A DNA stretch of 64,000 nucleotides from Camelus ferus (GCF_009834535.1 NC_045696.1:102488001-102552000); one strand, 5' to 3'; positions 39,130 through 52,235 are shown, counted from the first letter of the stretch. Numbers and translations are program-made. Notes: generated by a model from the sequence alone, not told the origin.

Positions 39130-40935
39130 AGTCCAAGGGTACTACAAATGAATGACACAACCACATTGAAAAGGGTGGGAGGAAAGGAACAGAGCCAAGT
39201 AACTTTGGTAAATATCATCTTAACTGGGTACTGCAAGGCTAAAGACACAAAGACTATACATAAACATTATACTCTAGTTGGTAAATTTGTTTCTCACTGG
39301 AGTATTGGGTTAGCAATTCTGAAATGACTCTGTATGTATGCTAGCGTTGAACAAATGAGAAAATATATTGCTAATAATGAGAACCATCCTGCTGCTAGAG
39401 AAAGAAGTTACAAATAAAGCAAGAGGGAGACTAGAATAATCCCTGTCTGGCTAGATGGGAGTGGGAGGCAGCAATGTGAATTTACAGCTATTTTTTTACA
39501 CAACATACAATTCAGTGGCATTAAGTGCATTCACATTATTGTGCAGCCATCACCATTATCCATCTCCAGAACTTTCCCATCATCCCAGACTAAAACTTTA
39601 TACCCATTAAACACATACTCATTATCCCATTGTTCTTTTCTTATAGTGTCTTTGGCTTTGTTATCAAGCCTCATGATTAATTGTGGCACATGTACAGCCA
39701 AAGAAATATAGATGTATGTGTATGCATAGATTACTATACACACATGTGGGTCCTAACTTGAGAGGGCCTGGAAGTAGTAATAACCCTGGAGCAATGAGCA
39801 CACCTACTGCCCTGATCTTGGTTTCTAACACCACACTCTACTAAAAGGAACCTGTGTCCCTTAGAGAAGTAGTTGTTTCCAGGTCTGAAGTGGGGAAAAT
39901 ATAAGATGAACTTGGAATATCTCACAGTGGTGTAAAGTTAAAAAGTGATGTATATTTTAAAAAAAAAAGATAAGGACATGTTAAAAAGCATAGGAGCCAA
40001 CCTGAAACAGCTCCCAAAGGCTAAAGATGGAAAAATTTGTGTAACAAAGTAAATAGCAATAGTATTGCATCATAGCCCAAAAATTAAAATAATAAATTCC
40101 CTGAGTCCATAGTAAGATAAATAAATGGTTGACTGAATAAATAATAAGCAGATGGGAGAAAATGGACAACGCTTCCTTACAAAAGAATTCCAATAAATAA
40201 ATGCAGGAGAAACTGGGGGAATGGGAAATCACTGTTAGAACAGGACAGCAGTACCTGTGAGAGGCGCAACCCACTGAATAGTTGTTAAAACTAGTGAGTG
40301 AAAATTTAAGGAGAAACAGGATATTTCCAGACTGTCAAACGATCTCCCCCCAGATAAATATTTCGAAGGTAAACATGGTCATTTCACAGCGGAGAAACCA
40401 CCTTCGCCACTTGATCAAGGCCAACATCACCAGTGACGTCATTATGACATCATGTACCCTCCAATACGACCCACTGACAAGGGCGCATCAGCTCCGTGGT
40501 GCTGGCCCCAATGATCCCCCGCTCCGGTCTAGTCAGGAGAAAACATCAGACAAACCCAAACAGAGGGACATTCTACAAAGTCCCCGAGCAGTATTCTTCC
40601 AGACTCCGAAAGCCATGAAGAGCAAGGAGAGACTGAGGGGTTGCCAGTCTGCCAAAGGAGACTAAGAAGACATTACTCCTCAGTGCAGTGTAGCTTTCTG
40701 GGCTGGATTCTGCAACAGAAAAAGACATTAGCAGACAAACGAGAAATTCTACAATCATCTGTAGTTTAGCTCATTGTACTGTGCCAATGTCCATTTCTTA
40801 GGTTTCATAATTATGCTACATTTCTGTAAGATTTTAACATTTACAATAGCCTGATAAAGGGTAAATGGAACTCTCTGTACTATTTTTGCAACTTCTTTGT
40901 CAGTCTAAAATTATCTCAAAATTAAATGTTTTTTA
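39130..40935 (+). mobile_element. L1MC/L1MD-type 3' UTR with an antisense L1 fragment nested at ~39490-39640
   Basis: GGAGAAAACATCAGACAAACCCAAACAGAGGGACATTCT...GGAACTCTCTGTACTATTTTTGCAACTTCTTTGTCAGTCTAAAATTAT. Homologous to 52236-53340. Confidence 0.75.
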
Positions 40936-42129
40936 AATATCTGAAGGAAAACAAAAGCACACAAAGTCTATACTTTGAGAGTCCCAAGATGTCATCTTTC
41001 TAAGCAAACAAGGCACACTTTCATTTTGCGTGAGTTAGTAATTCATGGCAGGAACTCACTGTCTCTCCCACCCAGGAGTACAGAGCCCTGAAGGGACACT
41101 GGTCAGGCACTGTATTTGGGAAGCACTGGGGCACGGGGCTGAGGCAGATCTGAATTTGAATTTGGGGAACTGGTCGGGGAAAGTTGTTTCTGACCTCTGA
41201 AATGTAGTAAGATCTTTCCAGAGTCGTTGTGCCTATTAAATGAGGCCATGCTTAAGAAAGCACTTTATCCATCACAGGTATGCCATCAATAGCCTTTCTC
41301 TTCTCTTCTCTTGTTTTAAACATGTTGGAATACAAAAGGAGAACAAAATGTGCCCCCTTCTACATCAGGGCCTTATAATCTAGATTGAGACCAAATGTGC
41401 ACAGGTGTGAAATAACGACCAAAGAACAGCTTTACACTCTGATACAATCGAATGCTGAGTTCTGTTGGACAGTGGGACAGTGTGCACCAGAGCACAACCC
41501 GCACAGTAGAGAAGGGAGAAATGCGGGCCAGCATCCCCCGGGGCGGTCTTCTAGAGCAGTGGGGCTGCCCTGAGCATGGTGAGCACCAGCTAGGAAAGGA
41601 CGGGGCGAGGCGGGGCGGGGCTGGGGGAGGTGCAGTGGGGAGGAAGCCCAACTAAGGAAGAGGCAAAGGCGTGAAGACAGGATTACCAGTGGGTGGACGC
41701 CAGCTATCTCCACTTATTTTTCCATTCTTTCTGCAGATAAAAGCAGACCAGTGGGAGGCACATTCATTGGGAGCACAGGATGAATGCGAGGAAACAACAG
41801 ATCCACACAGACTGATTTGGGAATGGAGTCAAGTTCTGGAGAGACCGAAAGGCAGCCTGAGTTGTTCAGGATGCCAGAGGAAAGGGAAGCTGTGGCTGGT
41901 TCTTGAGGAAAAAAGTAGGGCTCAAGGGAAGCACAGAATGTTTTAGTTTGGACTGAATTTGGTACCCAGAAGTGTTTTAAGCAGAGGAGTCCTGTGATCA
42001 TAGCATGATATATCAGGTAGGAGCCTGTTGCAGGAAATCAAAGCTACTTTGGCAATTTTAAGTGGAAAGAGAATTGAGTACTTATAAAATCATGGAAAAG
42101 GCTGGAGAACTGGGTTCTAGGCTGTTTTA

Positions 42130-42700
42130 GTAGGACTGTAAATTGGTAAAGCCTTTTTCAAAACCTGTTAGAGGGTGCCTATCAGAATTGTAAAAGTATG
42201 TATATTTGACTTAGAAATTCCATTCTTGAAAAAACAACTCAGTTCTGGAAAAAAAAAATCTAGTCTAGAAAAGAAAATGACATAAACACAAAGGTAAATA
42301 TACAAGGTTGTTCACAGGAGCACTTTTTCAACTAGTGAAAAAATTTTTTTTTCTATTTTGTAAATGAAAGAAGTTAAATAAAACATGGTATGGAATATCA
42401 TGCAATAATTAAAAGAATATATGGAGCCTTTGGGGAAAAACCTCCCAGACAAATTTTTAATGAAAAATCAAGTCTCAAAGCAAAGCCCATAGCCTGTCCC
42501 ATTTATATGTGTTACAGTGTGTGGACCAAACGAATGCAAAGCAGCGGTCACAGGGCTTGTCCCCTGGGGCAAGAGACAAGAGGGATGGGGACATGCCTGC
42601 CATTGGGAGGCTGCCGTGTTTCCCTCTGAATATTCTTGCATTGTTTGAACCTTTCATGAGGACTATGCATTCTTGTATTCCTTGTGTAGTAAAAATAGGA
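42130..42700 (+). mobile_element. Old L1ME-type 3' remnant
   Basis: TGTAAATTGGTAAAGCCTTTT...TTTGACTTAGAAATTCCATTCT...AAATAAAACATGGTATGGAATATCATGCAATAATTAAAAG. Confidence 0.6.
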
Positions 42701-45125
42701 GTAATGGGTGACCTCCTCCAAATCTCTCCTTAAAATGGATAAAGAAAATAAGCCTGACCTTAATTGAGACCGTGACAGGGATGGGTGAGGAGCACCATTC
42801 TTCTCGTATGAGAAATGAGCTATTGTTCACCTCGGGTAGAGAGGATGACTGAAAGGGAGCACCAAGCCAGCGTCTCCTGATTTTGTTCTAGTGGGTTGGG
42901 TGGTGGAGGGAGGAGTGGAGATTTAATTTTTCCTTCATGAGCCAGTTACAGTCATACCGAAAGGGATGTATTGAAAGGGCAGAGGCACTCTCTGAATCCA
43001 CTGGAAAACTGAAGGCATGGACTTGGAAAACAGATAGAAAAGGGCTAGCCGAGCAGCCAGGAACACCAACAAATTTCCATCCAGATGGGATGTTGTCAGG
43101 TCATCTCCAGCCAGGCCAACGCCACCCACCTCTGACTGCCTCAACTTCTCTTCAAAGGACCCTGCATCCTTGCATCACTCCCTGAAAATTCCATATCCTG
43201 GTGGAAGCATCTTAATTGCCAAGAAAACAAGGAATAAGGATTAAAGAGCATCTGTCCCTCTCCTCGGTTTTGTCACAGACATCTGGGACCTGCCCAACTC
43301 CAAGACCCCCACAAGCACAGACCTGTCTCAGATAAGAAGAGTGCTTTGATACTGACAAAGCCAGCAATGATCAATGTCAACCACACTTGGCTGGTTCAAC
43401 TCAGATGTAACCTGGTTATTGAAAATGTCCCACATGCCTGTCCATTTGCCTGTAGGTCTAACAAATTCATTTGCTTCTGATTTTTGAGCACTTCATGTTA
43501 GCTTAGAACTTCACAAACCACGTGAAGGAGGGAGGGAGGCTCCACAGAGAAAAGGCAGCCTCACTTCTGAAGAAGGCACCGGAAGCGGCATCCATGAGAC
43601 GAGTATTTACTGAGCTAAGGAGCCAAGGAGATGACGGATGCCCCGTCCCACAGCCTCCAGCTGAAGCGACACGCCCCATTTCAGGTGCCCCATCGCATCA
43701 GGAAGTGAAACAAATGATTGGGAAGCATCTAGGCTGGCTGGCCGGGAGGGCTGGCGGGTGTATTCGCTGGCTTCAGCAGGCAGATAGGTTATACTCTGGA
43801 AAAGAATTATTCAGCCTAGACTAGGGAGACAAAAAAGCAAATTCAATTGTGGTTCATAAAACTTATGAAGCATATGCTGAAAAGTGCCTCAGCAACTCAC
43901 TCCCAGCCTTATCCCATCAATAACACAAGGACAAAGGGGAGAGGAAAACGAAATTGGAGACTGGGAAAAAAGATCTCTTTTGCACAAGCAGGACTTTAGA
44001 TGAGGCAGGCAGGCCCTTCGGCAGGCTGTGGTTGCCAGAGCACAAAGGAGAGCAAAATGTCTTTGGAGAGGCCCATCTCATTTGATTTTTCTTTGGCCTT
44101 TGCAGGTATGGGGTATTGGCACGTCTTGAGTTAGAAGGCAATTATATGTTTATTGGAAAAGGAAGGACTCAGAGGGTGATTATTTCCCGTGTGTAAGAGC
44201 AGTTCATAAAGACCACATTCACGTCTGCATCTCACCCCAGGCTCTCTCCACGTGCCTCGCATCACTCTGGGAAAGGGAATATGTGAATTTCTTTTCTCTG
44301 GGAAATCTCTGGGCCGATGTAGGCATAAGCAAAGAGGAGTCTAAAGGCTGGGTCGCATCTTGGCAGACATCAGAGTCCCTGTTTGCTGACGGCTGAAGGA
44401 GCGGGCATATGCTGTCTCCAGCAGTCTCTGGCTTTTACCAAGCTACACCAGGGAGCAGGTAGGGGAGCACCAGTCCCCGAGTTGTAACTGCACTCCAGGA
44501 GACCTTGGCCCAAAACCACGTTCCTCCTTCTCCTCCAGTAAATCAGCAGCTAAAATAAGGGGGTTAGTTAAGCTAATACAATTACCTAGGAATGCTTTGG
44601 TTGTTGAATTTTGTTTTTAAGGGGCCAAGAAAAGCAAATAGGACCACGGCTGGCCTCTCTCTGGCCATTCTCCTGGAGTTAGGTCAGGTCACTCCCTGTC
44701 AAATGAGGGGACAAGGACAGCCTCTGAAACCATTACTGCAGGGAGGACAATATTTGTGTGGCAAACAGAGCTAAGAAGACGCCAGGGGATGTGACCAAGA
44801 GGAAAAGAGCCAGGACAAGAAATTAGGCTAAATAGGAGCAGAGGGAACCCTGCCAGATCTGGAGATGCAAGTGGCCTGTCGGCGTCCTCACAAAGGATTG
44901 CTTCCATTTAAATTTTTTTTTTAAGGAACACAAGACACAAGAGGCCAGATGCCATAATTTAAGACAAAGCAGTAGCTAGAAAGGCCAGTTCTCCTACAGA
45001 GAACTAGACTGTGTATCGTTTTCATTATCTGCTCATACACCCTTTGTTTTCACATAAAATCTAGAGCCCATTTCAAAAAGGGGAAATTTATTGCTGTCTG
45101 CTAGCCTGTTGTTATGGAAGCTATT

Positions 45126-45640
45126 TGTATCAGTTAGAAATATGTGGCAGATGCAAATAAATGAAAACCTGACTACCAGGGACTTAAATAGATAAGGATT
45201 TATTGGTCTTTGGCGATAAGCAGTCTGGGAGTCTTCAGTCTAGCAATAGCTCAGAAATGCAACACTGGCGTCTAGACTCCAGTCTCTTCTCTTCTTCCTC
45301 TTCCACAAGCCTTATATTTTAGGTCTCCTTTTCCATGCTTGTCGCCACACAGCGCCAAAAAAGCTGCTGCATCTTAAGTCATCACATGTACATTCCAGGC
45401 AGGAAGAAGAGGAAAAAAACCAGAAAAGGGAAGCACTTGAATCCAGAAAGCAAATGCTTATCCAAAAATCCCTTAGCAGCATTCTGCTTACAGCTCAGTG
45501 ACCAGAGTGGTGTCCCATGGCCACTCAGCAGCAAGGGAGTCTGAGAGGTGTGCGTTTTTAGTGGAACACATTGCCACCCCCTCACAAAATCACCATTCTA
45601 TCAATAAAGTGAAAGTGCGTATTGGAGAAGCAACAGTAGG
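45126..45640 (-). mobile_element. MLT1-type MaLR LTR
   Basis: TGTATCAGTTAG...GACTTAAATAGATAAGGATTTATT...CATGGCCACTCAGCAGCAAGGGAGTCTGAGAGGTG. Confidence 0.65.
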
Positions 45641-46384
45641 GCCATTGCCATGATTGGGCTACTTGTACTAGACACGACCACGAGCACCAGCCCAGACAAT
45701 TAGCAGGTCTGTGGTTCAGCGCCAGTGTTGCAATCGGCTGAGTTCAGAGAGCTGTCAGAAGAATGCTGGCATTTTATATTAATGTATAATGCTGATACGT
45801 GTGTCATATACGAGTTAGTCTCATCAGTAACTCAGCTTTCTACATCTATAAAATGGGTCCAAGCAGAGTTGGAATTATCTGGTGAGGAGAAGGAACAAAT
45901 TGCCCTTCTAACAATATGGAACATGTATCTGATTTAGTTTTCCTCCACAGCTTCATAGAGTCTACACTTTGCGATTACCTGTTTCCATAATTATTCAGTT
46001 TCTAATGCCATTAAAAGGAGTAGCTATGGGACGACATAATATCTCAGGGACATCCTACTGCAGGACTACATCACAGGCGAAACTCTCTTGAAAGTTCATC
46101 TTTCTCTACCTCCAGCTGTTGATGTAGACTCTAAGGTCACCCTGCATCCATCATATGTCTTATCAAATATCACTTTCTCAGAGAGGCCTTCGCCGGCCAC
46201 CTTCCCTAACACATTTGGTGTTTCCTTGTTTCCTTGCTCTCCTTTATTGTCCTTACCAGGTGCTTCTACCATACCTGGGTGGCTCACATGTCTAACAGCT
46301 CCATGAGGGCAAGGACCCTGCCAGCACTTTCTCCTGTGCCTGGCACAGAGGAGACACCCAATGAATGTCAGCCCAACAACTTTT

Positions 46385-46590
46385 AAGCAAACATTTATTG
46401 AGTATTCCTTGGCATGATTCTCAATGCTTGACATAGATTAATTCATTTAAACTTTACAGCAACCCTGAGGTAAGTGCTGTCATCCCATTTTTCAGATGCA
46501 AAAACTGAGGCTCAGGGAGGTTAAAGTTGCACAGTAAACGACAGATCTGGGACTCAAAGCCAGACAGTGGCTCTGGAGCTGTGACGTTAG
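46385..46590 (-). mobile_element. MIR SINE
   Basis: CCCATTTTTCAGATGCAAAAACTGAGGCTCAGGGAGGTTAAAG is the antisense MIR core. Further MIR fragments lie near 1-150, 7.1, 12.4, 16.2, 20.6, 33.1, 37.4, 53.7, 57.5 and 62.2 kb. Confidence 0.85.
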
Positions 46591-49500
46591 TCCCTGCTCC
46601 GTTCTGCCTCCACCTTGTAGAAGTTTCCACGACACCGTGCGGTGCGTTGTATCACTGCCCGTCTGCTATTCCTGACACCTTATCTCGGGACTTCATTCAG
46701 CTCTTCAGTTATCCTTACTTCTTAATCTTTTTCTCCCTCCTCCCCGTTGCTTAAAGTGACCCTGGCCCTCCTTTAACACTTCATGATAGGCACCGGTAAA
46801 TGTTTATTAAAAACTTCATTACAGTCCTTAAGTGCTCGGGAGAGTCACCATTTGTTGGAAATAACCTACATTTTCAAAGCCAGCTGTGAAAATAGTTATC
46901 CTTTTCTGCTCAGGGAATTTCAGTGATGGCAGATATAATTGATCGAAGTAGGTACTACTTCATGCCAGCAGCGTGCCGGGCACTGCTCATACGTTATTTT
47001 TAATCCTTTCAGCAATCCTGTACAAAGTCAGCACTTTTCCATTTCTGCGTTGAGAAAGACAGCCTTCAGGGGTTAAAGTGAATTGTCCAAAGGTGTGTCA
47101 TGAGGTGGAGGTGGAGGATCGGTATTCCCGTTCACCAGTTTTCACCATTTTGTGAAAGGATTAAGTGCCTTCCCAGACCTGAGGTCTTCACAAGGAAAAC
47201 CTGAGGGACAGTAAACGTTAAACCACCGTCTCAACGAAAAGCAAACTCCATAGGCGTCACATGCCCCATAAGAGAGTTGAACAAGCAGAACTCCTTCACC
47301 CCAGTAAGAAGGTGCTGTACTTCTTCCAACAATTGTGCCAAGAGAAAGGCACTTCTGAAATTTCCATAGAGCCAGGTCACAGGGCACACGAGGACAGGAG
47401 CACCGTGACTCGGCCGTCTCATTGCATACGCCCAACTTCCCCCAGAGAGGAAGCTCACTTTGCTCGCAGCTCCTTTCTATAAAGGATTTTTAGCTCTATT
47501 CCAAAAATCAAACCCACCTTCAAAGGATAAAGATTGGCCTGTCACTAGAGACGATGATGAGGTTGTAATCATCTCCAGTTTATGAGGGAGGAAATGAAGA
47601 CTCAGCGCTTGAGTCAAGGGCCTGAGGTCATTTATTTTGTCATCCGTGGAGCCCAGTCTTGACCCCTCATCTTCCAACACTACACCCCGTGCTTTTCCTC
47701 AATTTCTAAGAAGAGCTTCATTGTCCAGGACAGGTTATAGAGGCCAAGGAGTTGGAGAAAAAGAGAACATGTTATAGGCATTGGGGGCATCACTGGAATC
47801 AGCCCATCTTGGCTCAGGTTTTGACTTTGGGGGAAGCCACACCTACGTATGTTAAAAAGCCATTGATTTACTTCACAGTCACAACTCATGAGATGTCACT
47901 GTATGAAATGAGATGTCATTGGCGGTCCTTGTCCCCAGGGAGAATTATCCTCAATCCCTCTCTGTAGGACGTTTTCCCATGGACACTGGGGCTTAGAGAC
48001 TTCTAGGATTTCTGCTCATTTCCTCAGTCAAACAGATGGTGGGATTGAAGGACCTTCTGGATCCCTTAGATGACAGGCCACCAGCCACAATGTCTTGGAG
48101 ACTGCCATGGGCTCTAGAGGCAGACAGACCTGGGTCCAGCTCCCATCTCTGCCACCTGCCTGGTGGAAAACCTCAGTTTCTTACCACCAATACAATGGAG
48201 TAACTGGTACGAAACTCAGGGGTGGGCGTGAGGGCTGGAGGAGCTCCTGCTGCAAAGCCTTTAGCGCAGTGCTGGCACTGAGCGAGCTCCCCATTATTTC
48301 TGCCCTTCCAGCTGGAAGTGGAGGGTCCCAGAGGAGTCACCTCCATCCCACTGTGGGGACTTCACGGGGCAAAGGAGACAAAAATTGCTCTCCCTTCAAA
48401 GGTCAGCAAGACATTGCCTAAAGGGACCCTGACTTTAGACTGAACCACACGGGCTCCCTGAATGAACCTCGCCAGGTGTGGGAGCTGGGAACATCCCTGC
48501 CTCTGGTCACAGCAGCCGTGGCCATGTTTGCCGAGGGGCACCATCCCTCCCACGAAGAAAACAGAGTGAAGAAAATCTCCAAGAGCAGCTTGTTTGCAAA
48601 GCAGCCATCCAGCCTCTAAGCATACTTCTTCAATAAAAACGCAGGAAAATACTGTTTTTCTTTGTTTATACCATTTCTAGCATCGAAACGTCGTCTAAGA
48701 GACACATTACCATAACTGCAGTCACCCTCTGTGCACATAACCTGCTTCTTTCACAAAATATAATTACTCCCACTCTCCATGCTTTTAGCCGAAGATTAAC
48801 TTGTAGCAACTTAAAAGGTCAAAGCTGAGATCAAACTGCGTGTGTTTTAATCTCCAAAAAATGTAAATTGGGCCAAAATCTCAAAAATAACAAGCCCTGC
48901 GGGTAGACTGTCTATTCATGAAGAGTGTCCCATGACACAGGAGCTGGTCTTTGGATAACCAGCTTGGCATCTGAGCAGCAGATGTAGCCTCTGAGGAGGT
49001 ACTTGCCGTGGTCGGGTAAGTGCAGATGCTTTACGGAGGAAGAAACAAGCCAGCGGAATAGAAATACCAAAACATTCCACGGTTGAAATGAAGGTTGTCT
49101 CCAGCGTGGGGGCCACGATGATTTATTCAGCCAAATGTTTAAAATAAATGCCTTGGTATGTTTGTATTGATCACTTTTATTTTCACTGACAGAAATCGTA
49201 TCTACTAACTCCATCTCTGGAGTTAGAGGGGTTGGATTGGGGGATATAAATTCCACCATTGTGCACCATAAACCATCCTGAAGAAAAGAAAATAAATAAA
49301 TAAAAAGCTCCACTTTGCACAGAAACAAAAATGCATTCCTTTCCACATGGCTGTTCTTCAACAAGAAATAATGAAGGAAAACAGCGCTGAAATGTGCCGT
49401 GCCAGTCTTAATGGCATTTTAATAGTTTAAATTAGGAGCGAAAGGCCACTCGGCATGTGGTTTTGCATAAACATTGCCCTTTCGTGATAGTAATTGGGGT

Positions 49501-50499
49501 GAGGAGAGTTGTCAGATGGCAGGGCTCCGCCCCGCTGGCCCGGGGGGTGGCCGGGTGGCACAGACCCGCCTCGGCCCCTGAGAAGCAGCAGCCAGACCCG
49601 GATGTCAGAGTAAAGCAAATCTTATCCTTACCCCCACATTAGGAACTGACTTACAGTTCCTTACACATGCGGGTGACAACTTGCTGGTCTGCACACTGCA
49701 AGTGCTTAATTTATGTAACGTTCAGCTAGGGAAGAAGGCTGACGACCCTTCGCTGCCACTCAAATTCATCTTTCCTAGTTTCTACAAAGAGAGTGATCAT
49801 AATCATGAAATTCCAAGGCAGATAGCTACGGGGGCGTGTGAATTTACAATTTGGTGGTGGACCTGAGACCACAGCATACCAGTCAAGGAGGCCCAGAGAC
49901 TTGTTCCTTCCAGGTAAAGTTGATGGCTCTGTCTACAAATAGACACAAGCATCATGAACCTGTTATCAGACAGATTTCACTATTCCTGTTCTAAACCCTG
50001 CTCCCAAGAGGTTCCTAGTCTAGCCCCCTAAGTGTCGAGTAAACAAGGAACCAACAAAATATCAGGTAATGATGAGTGCTATGAAGAAAATAAAACTGGG
50101 ACAGGAAAGAGAGTGCCTGTGTGGTCAAGAAAGACTCTCTGGAGAGGGTACATTTCAGCTGAAACCTGAATGGCACGAGGGGAACAGCCAAAAAATCTCA
50201 GGAAACAGCATTCCAGGCAAAAGGTACCACAAGTGCAAAGGCCCTGGGGTGAGCCTGTGCCACGTTTCCTTCCTTTCACAGTCAAAGCAGGTCCATGTCA
50301 TGTCAGATCTTCTCACTGCAGCATTTCTTGGACAGATGGCCTAGCTCTCCCAGGAAGAACATGGGCATGTTTCTAATGCAGAAAACGACCACCTTATTGA
50401 AGAAGTGAATGCAGTGCTAGAGGATCATACAGGCATAGAATCCCAGGAGAGGAGGAAAACATAAGTCCTATTTCCAAGGTACAAGAACTGGTTTGCAGA

Positions 50500-52235
50500 A
50501 TCCCCCTAAACCCTCTAGGGCAATTACCTACAGAAACAACACATGGAATTAAAGTGTACGTGGGAGGTGGGAGGTGGTCCTGAGAAGGTGTTTGACAAAC
50601 GCCAGATTGTGTGTTAGGTTTTTGACATATACTGAGGGATAGGATACTCTGTTGCCAGGTTGGCTGATCTGAGTCAGTCGCGAGTTTTGCTCTGCCCCAC
50701 AATTCCCATGATGGCAATAATACCTGCCCACAGGGGTAATCTACCAAGGGGAATTGAAGTTGAGGCCTATCCACTGGAGCAGTAGGAGCCAACAGGAAGA
50801 CAAGTCTCTAGGGGCTGACTTTTTCTTCATCAAGAGCTCTGGAGGAAGAAATAATGCTCCCAAGTGGTTTCAGAATGGTATCACATTGTGTCTCGAGAGG
50901 CTAAGATGGAAGACTGGAATGGATCTTATTCTTTCAGAATACAATTTTAAGGGAAGAGCTACTCATAAAAAGCACTCTTCTGTTGAAGTAATTCTGAGAG
51001 GCACACAGGAAGTATCAGAGATATCCAGATGTCCTTTCTAAGCCTGTTGGGAATGCCCCTCTCTTTGAAAGGACGGTGCCATGGTCAAGTCTGGTGCCAT
51101 CCCATTCAAGCATATCTCTTGATCAGCAACTATTTTTATAGTCACAACCCAGGTTTGATCATACCAGGAAGTGCTCATTTTGGGGGGAAGTGGCTCTGGA
51201 CAACAGAAAAAAAAATTTTTATAAGAATATGTAAAATTCCTCCCAACTTCTCTTTTGAAATCTTGCATTTTTCCTCCTTAGTCTGTCATCCGCCACCAAA
51301 TACATCAAATACAATGTAGGGAAGTCTTTGACTTTCTAGATAAGAAGAATTAAGTGTTTTGATTTATATGACTGCTCCAACAGCACTACTCACGTGGGAA
51401 ATTGTTGGCTAAATCAGCATGATTGAATCGTGTTCCAAGGGTTTCCTCACTGCACTCTTATTTGATCTATAGAGTGAATTTGACGAGGAATCCATAGAAA
51501 ATGAAATAGAGATATCCTTCACCAAAACAGAACAGATTAGCTTTTGCACTGGGATATTTGGCCTTGAAGTTCGTAAATCACCTGTTGACTATGCATATAA
51601 CTATGATATCCTTCAGGGGAAGGTGTACTGGAGAGTATTAAGCTATGCTGACTTGATATGACTCAACCATCTTGGCAAATACATCACAAACTGGGCAACT
51701 GAATTTCTAACTAAAGCTATATCTACACAAAAACACAGTTGTTTAAAAAATGAAAAATACAGTTAGTTGTTTAGGGTCTAATTCTGCCAAACAACCAGCC
51801 ACACTGATTTTTCCTCCACTAAATTGTCCAGTAGCTTGAGCAAATGGATTGAGTTAACCAGTTGATAAGGAATTAAATAGATCTAGTCTATTCATACCAA
51901 AACATACAAGTACATAAGCAGAGTTAGATTATCCATAATCTAGTTTCCTTTCAGCTATAGTAGAAATCAATTTTGGTGCTCACAGGGGAAAAGATGAATT
52001 GTTAGAACAGTAAATAGTCAATAAATATTTGTTGAAATAGAGTAAATAAAAATAAATATGCACACTGGTAGTTTCTGTAACTGTTAGAACATTAGCTTAT
52101 ATCTCAACCTCTCACGGGCCATAAAAATAAGTTGATGATAAAGAAGTAACTGAGCAGGAAAGAATGAGAAATGGCAATACACAACCAAAGCCCCTTGTAT
52201 AGAGGCATACAAGCGTTCCGGTTGATGACCAGATC
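50500..52235 (-). mobile_element. Degenerate Ty3/Gypsy (chromovirus-like) LTR-retrotransposon pol fossil: RNase H - integrase - chromodomain
   Basis: Manual minus-strand translation allowing stops and frameshifts. AERN*IMD (~51955, after removing 1 nt; cf. AERNY..D.ELL). GGKISVAGCLAEL (51817-51779; cf. PGK.N.VADxLSR). SMD (51498-51490). QRLPYIVFD (51330-51304; cf. HGLP..IVSD). Single-frame RFQKRSWEEFYIFL*KFFFLLSRATSPQNEHFLV*SN (51263-51153; cf. QFTSRFW.EF..LLG....LSSAYHPQTDGQTERxN). IPVFHLSL (50920-50897; cf. IHPVFHVSLL). LVD..CGQVLLPSWE/CGAEQNSR (50747-50678; cf. chromodomain YLVxWEGYGPEENSW). Domain order matches Gypsy pol. Confidence 0.75.

Noticed and set aside
48912..49364. 150-aa minus-strand ORF with a good acceptor at 49278 and a downstream AATAAA
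   Set aside because: No recognisable protein in any frame and no partner exons. At most a non-coding terminal exon; unsupported.
51473..51661. Plus-strand 62-codon open stretch after an AG (SEFDEESIENEIEISF...)
   Set aside because: No recognisable protein, and better explained as the antisense of the Gypsy integrase relic.
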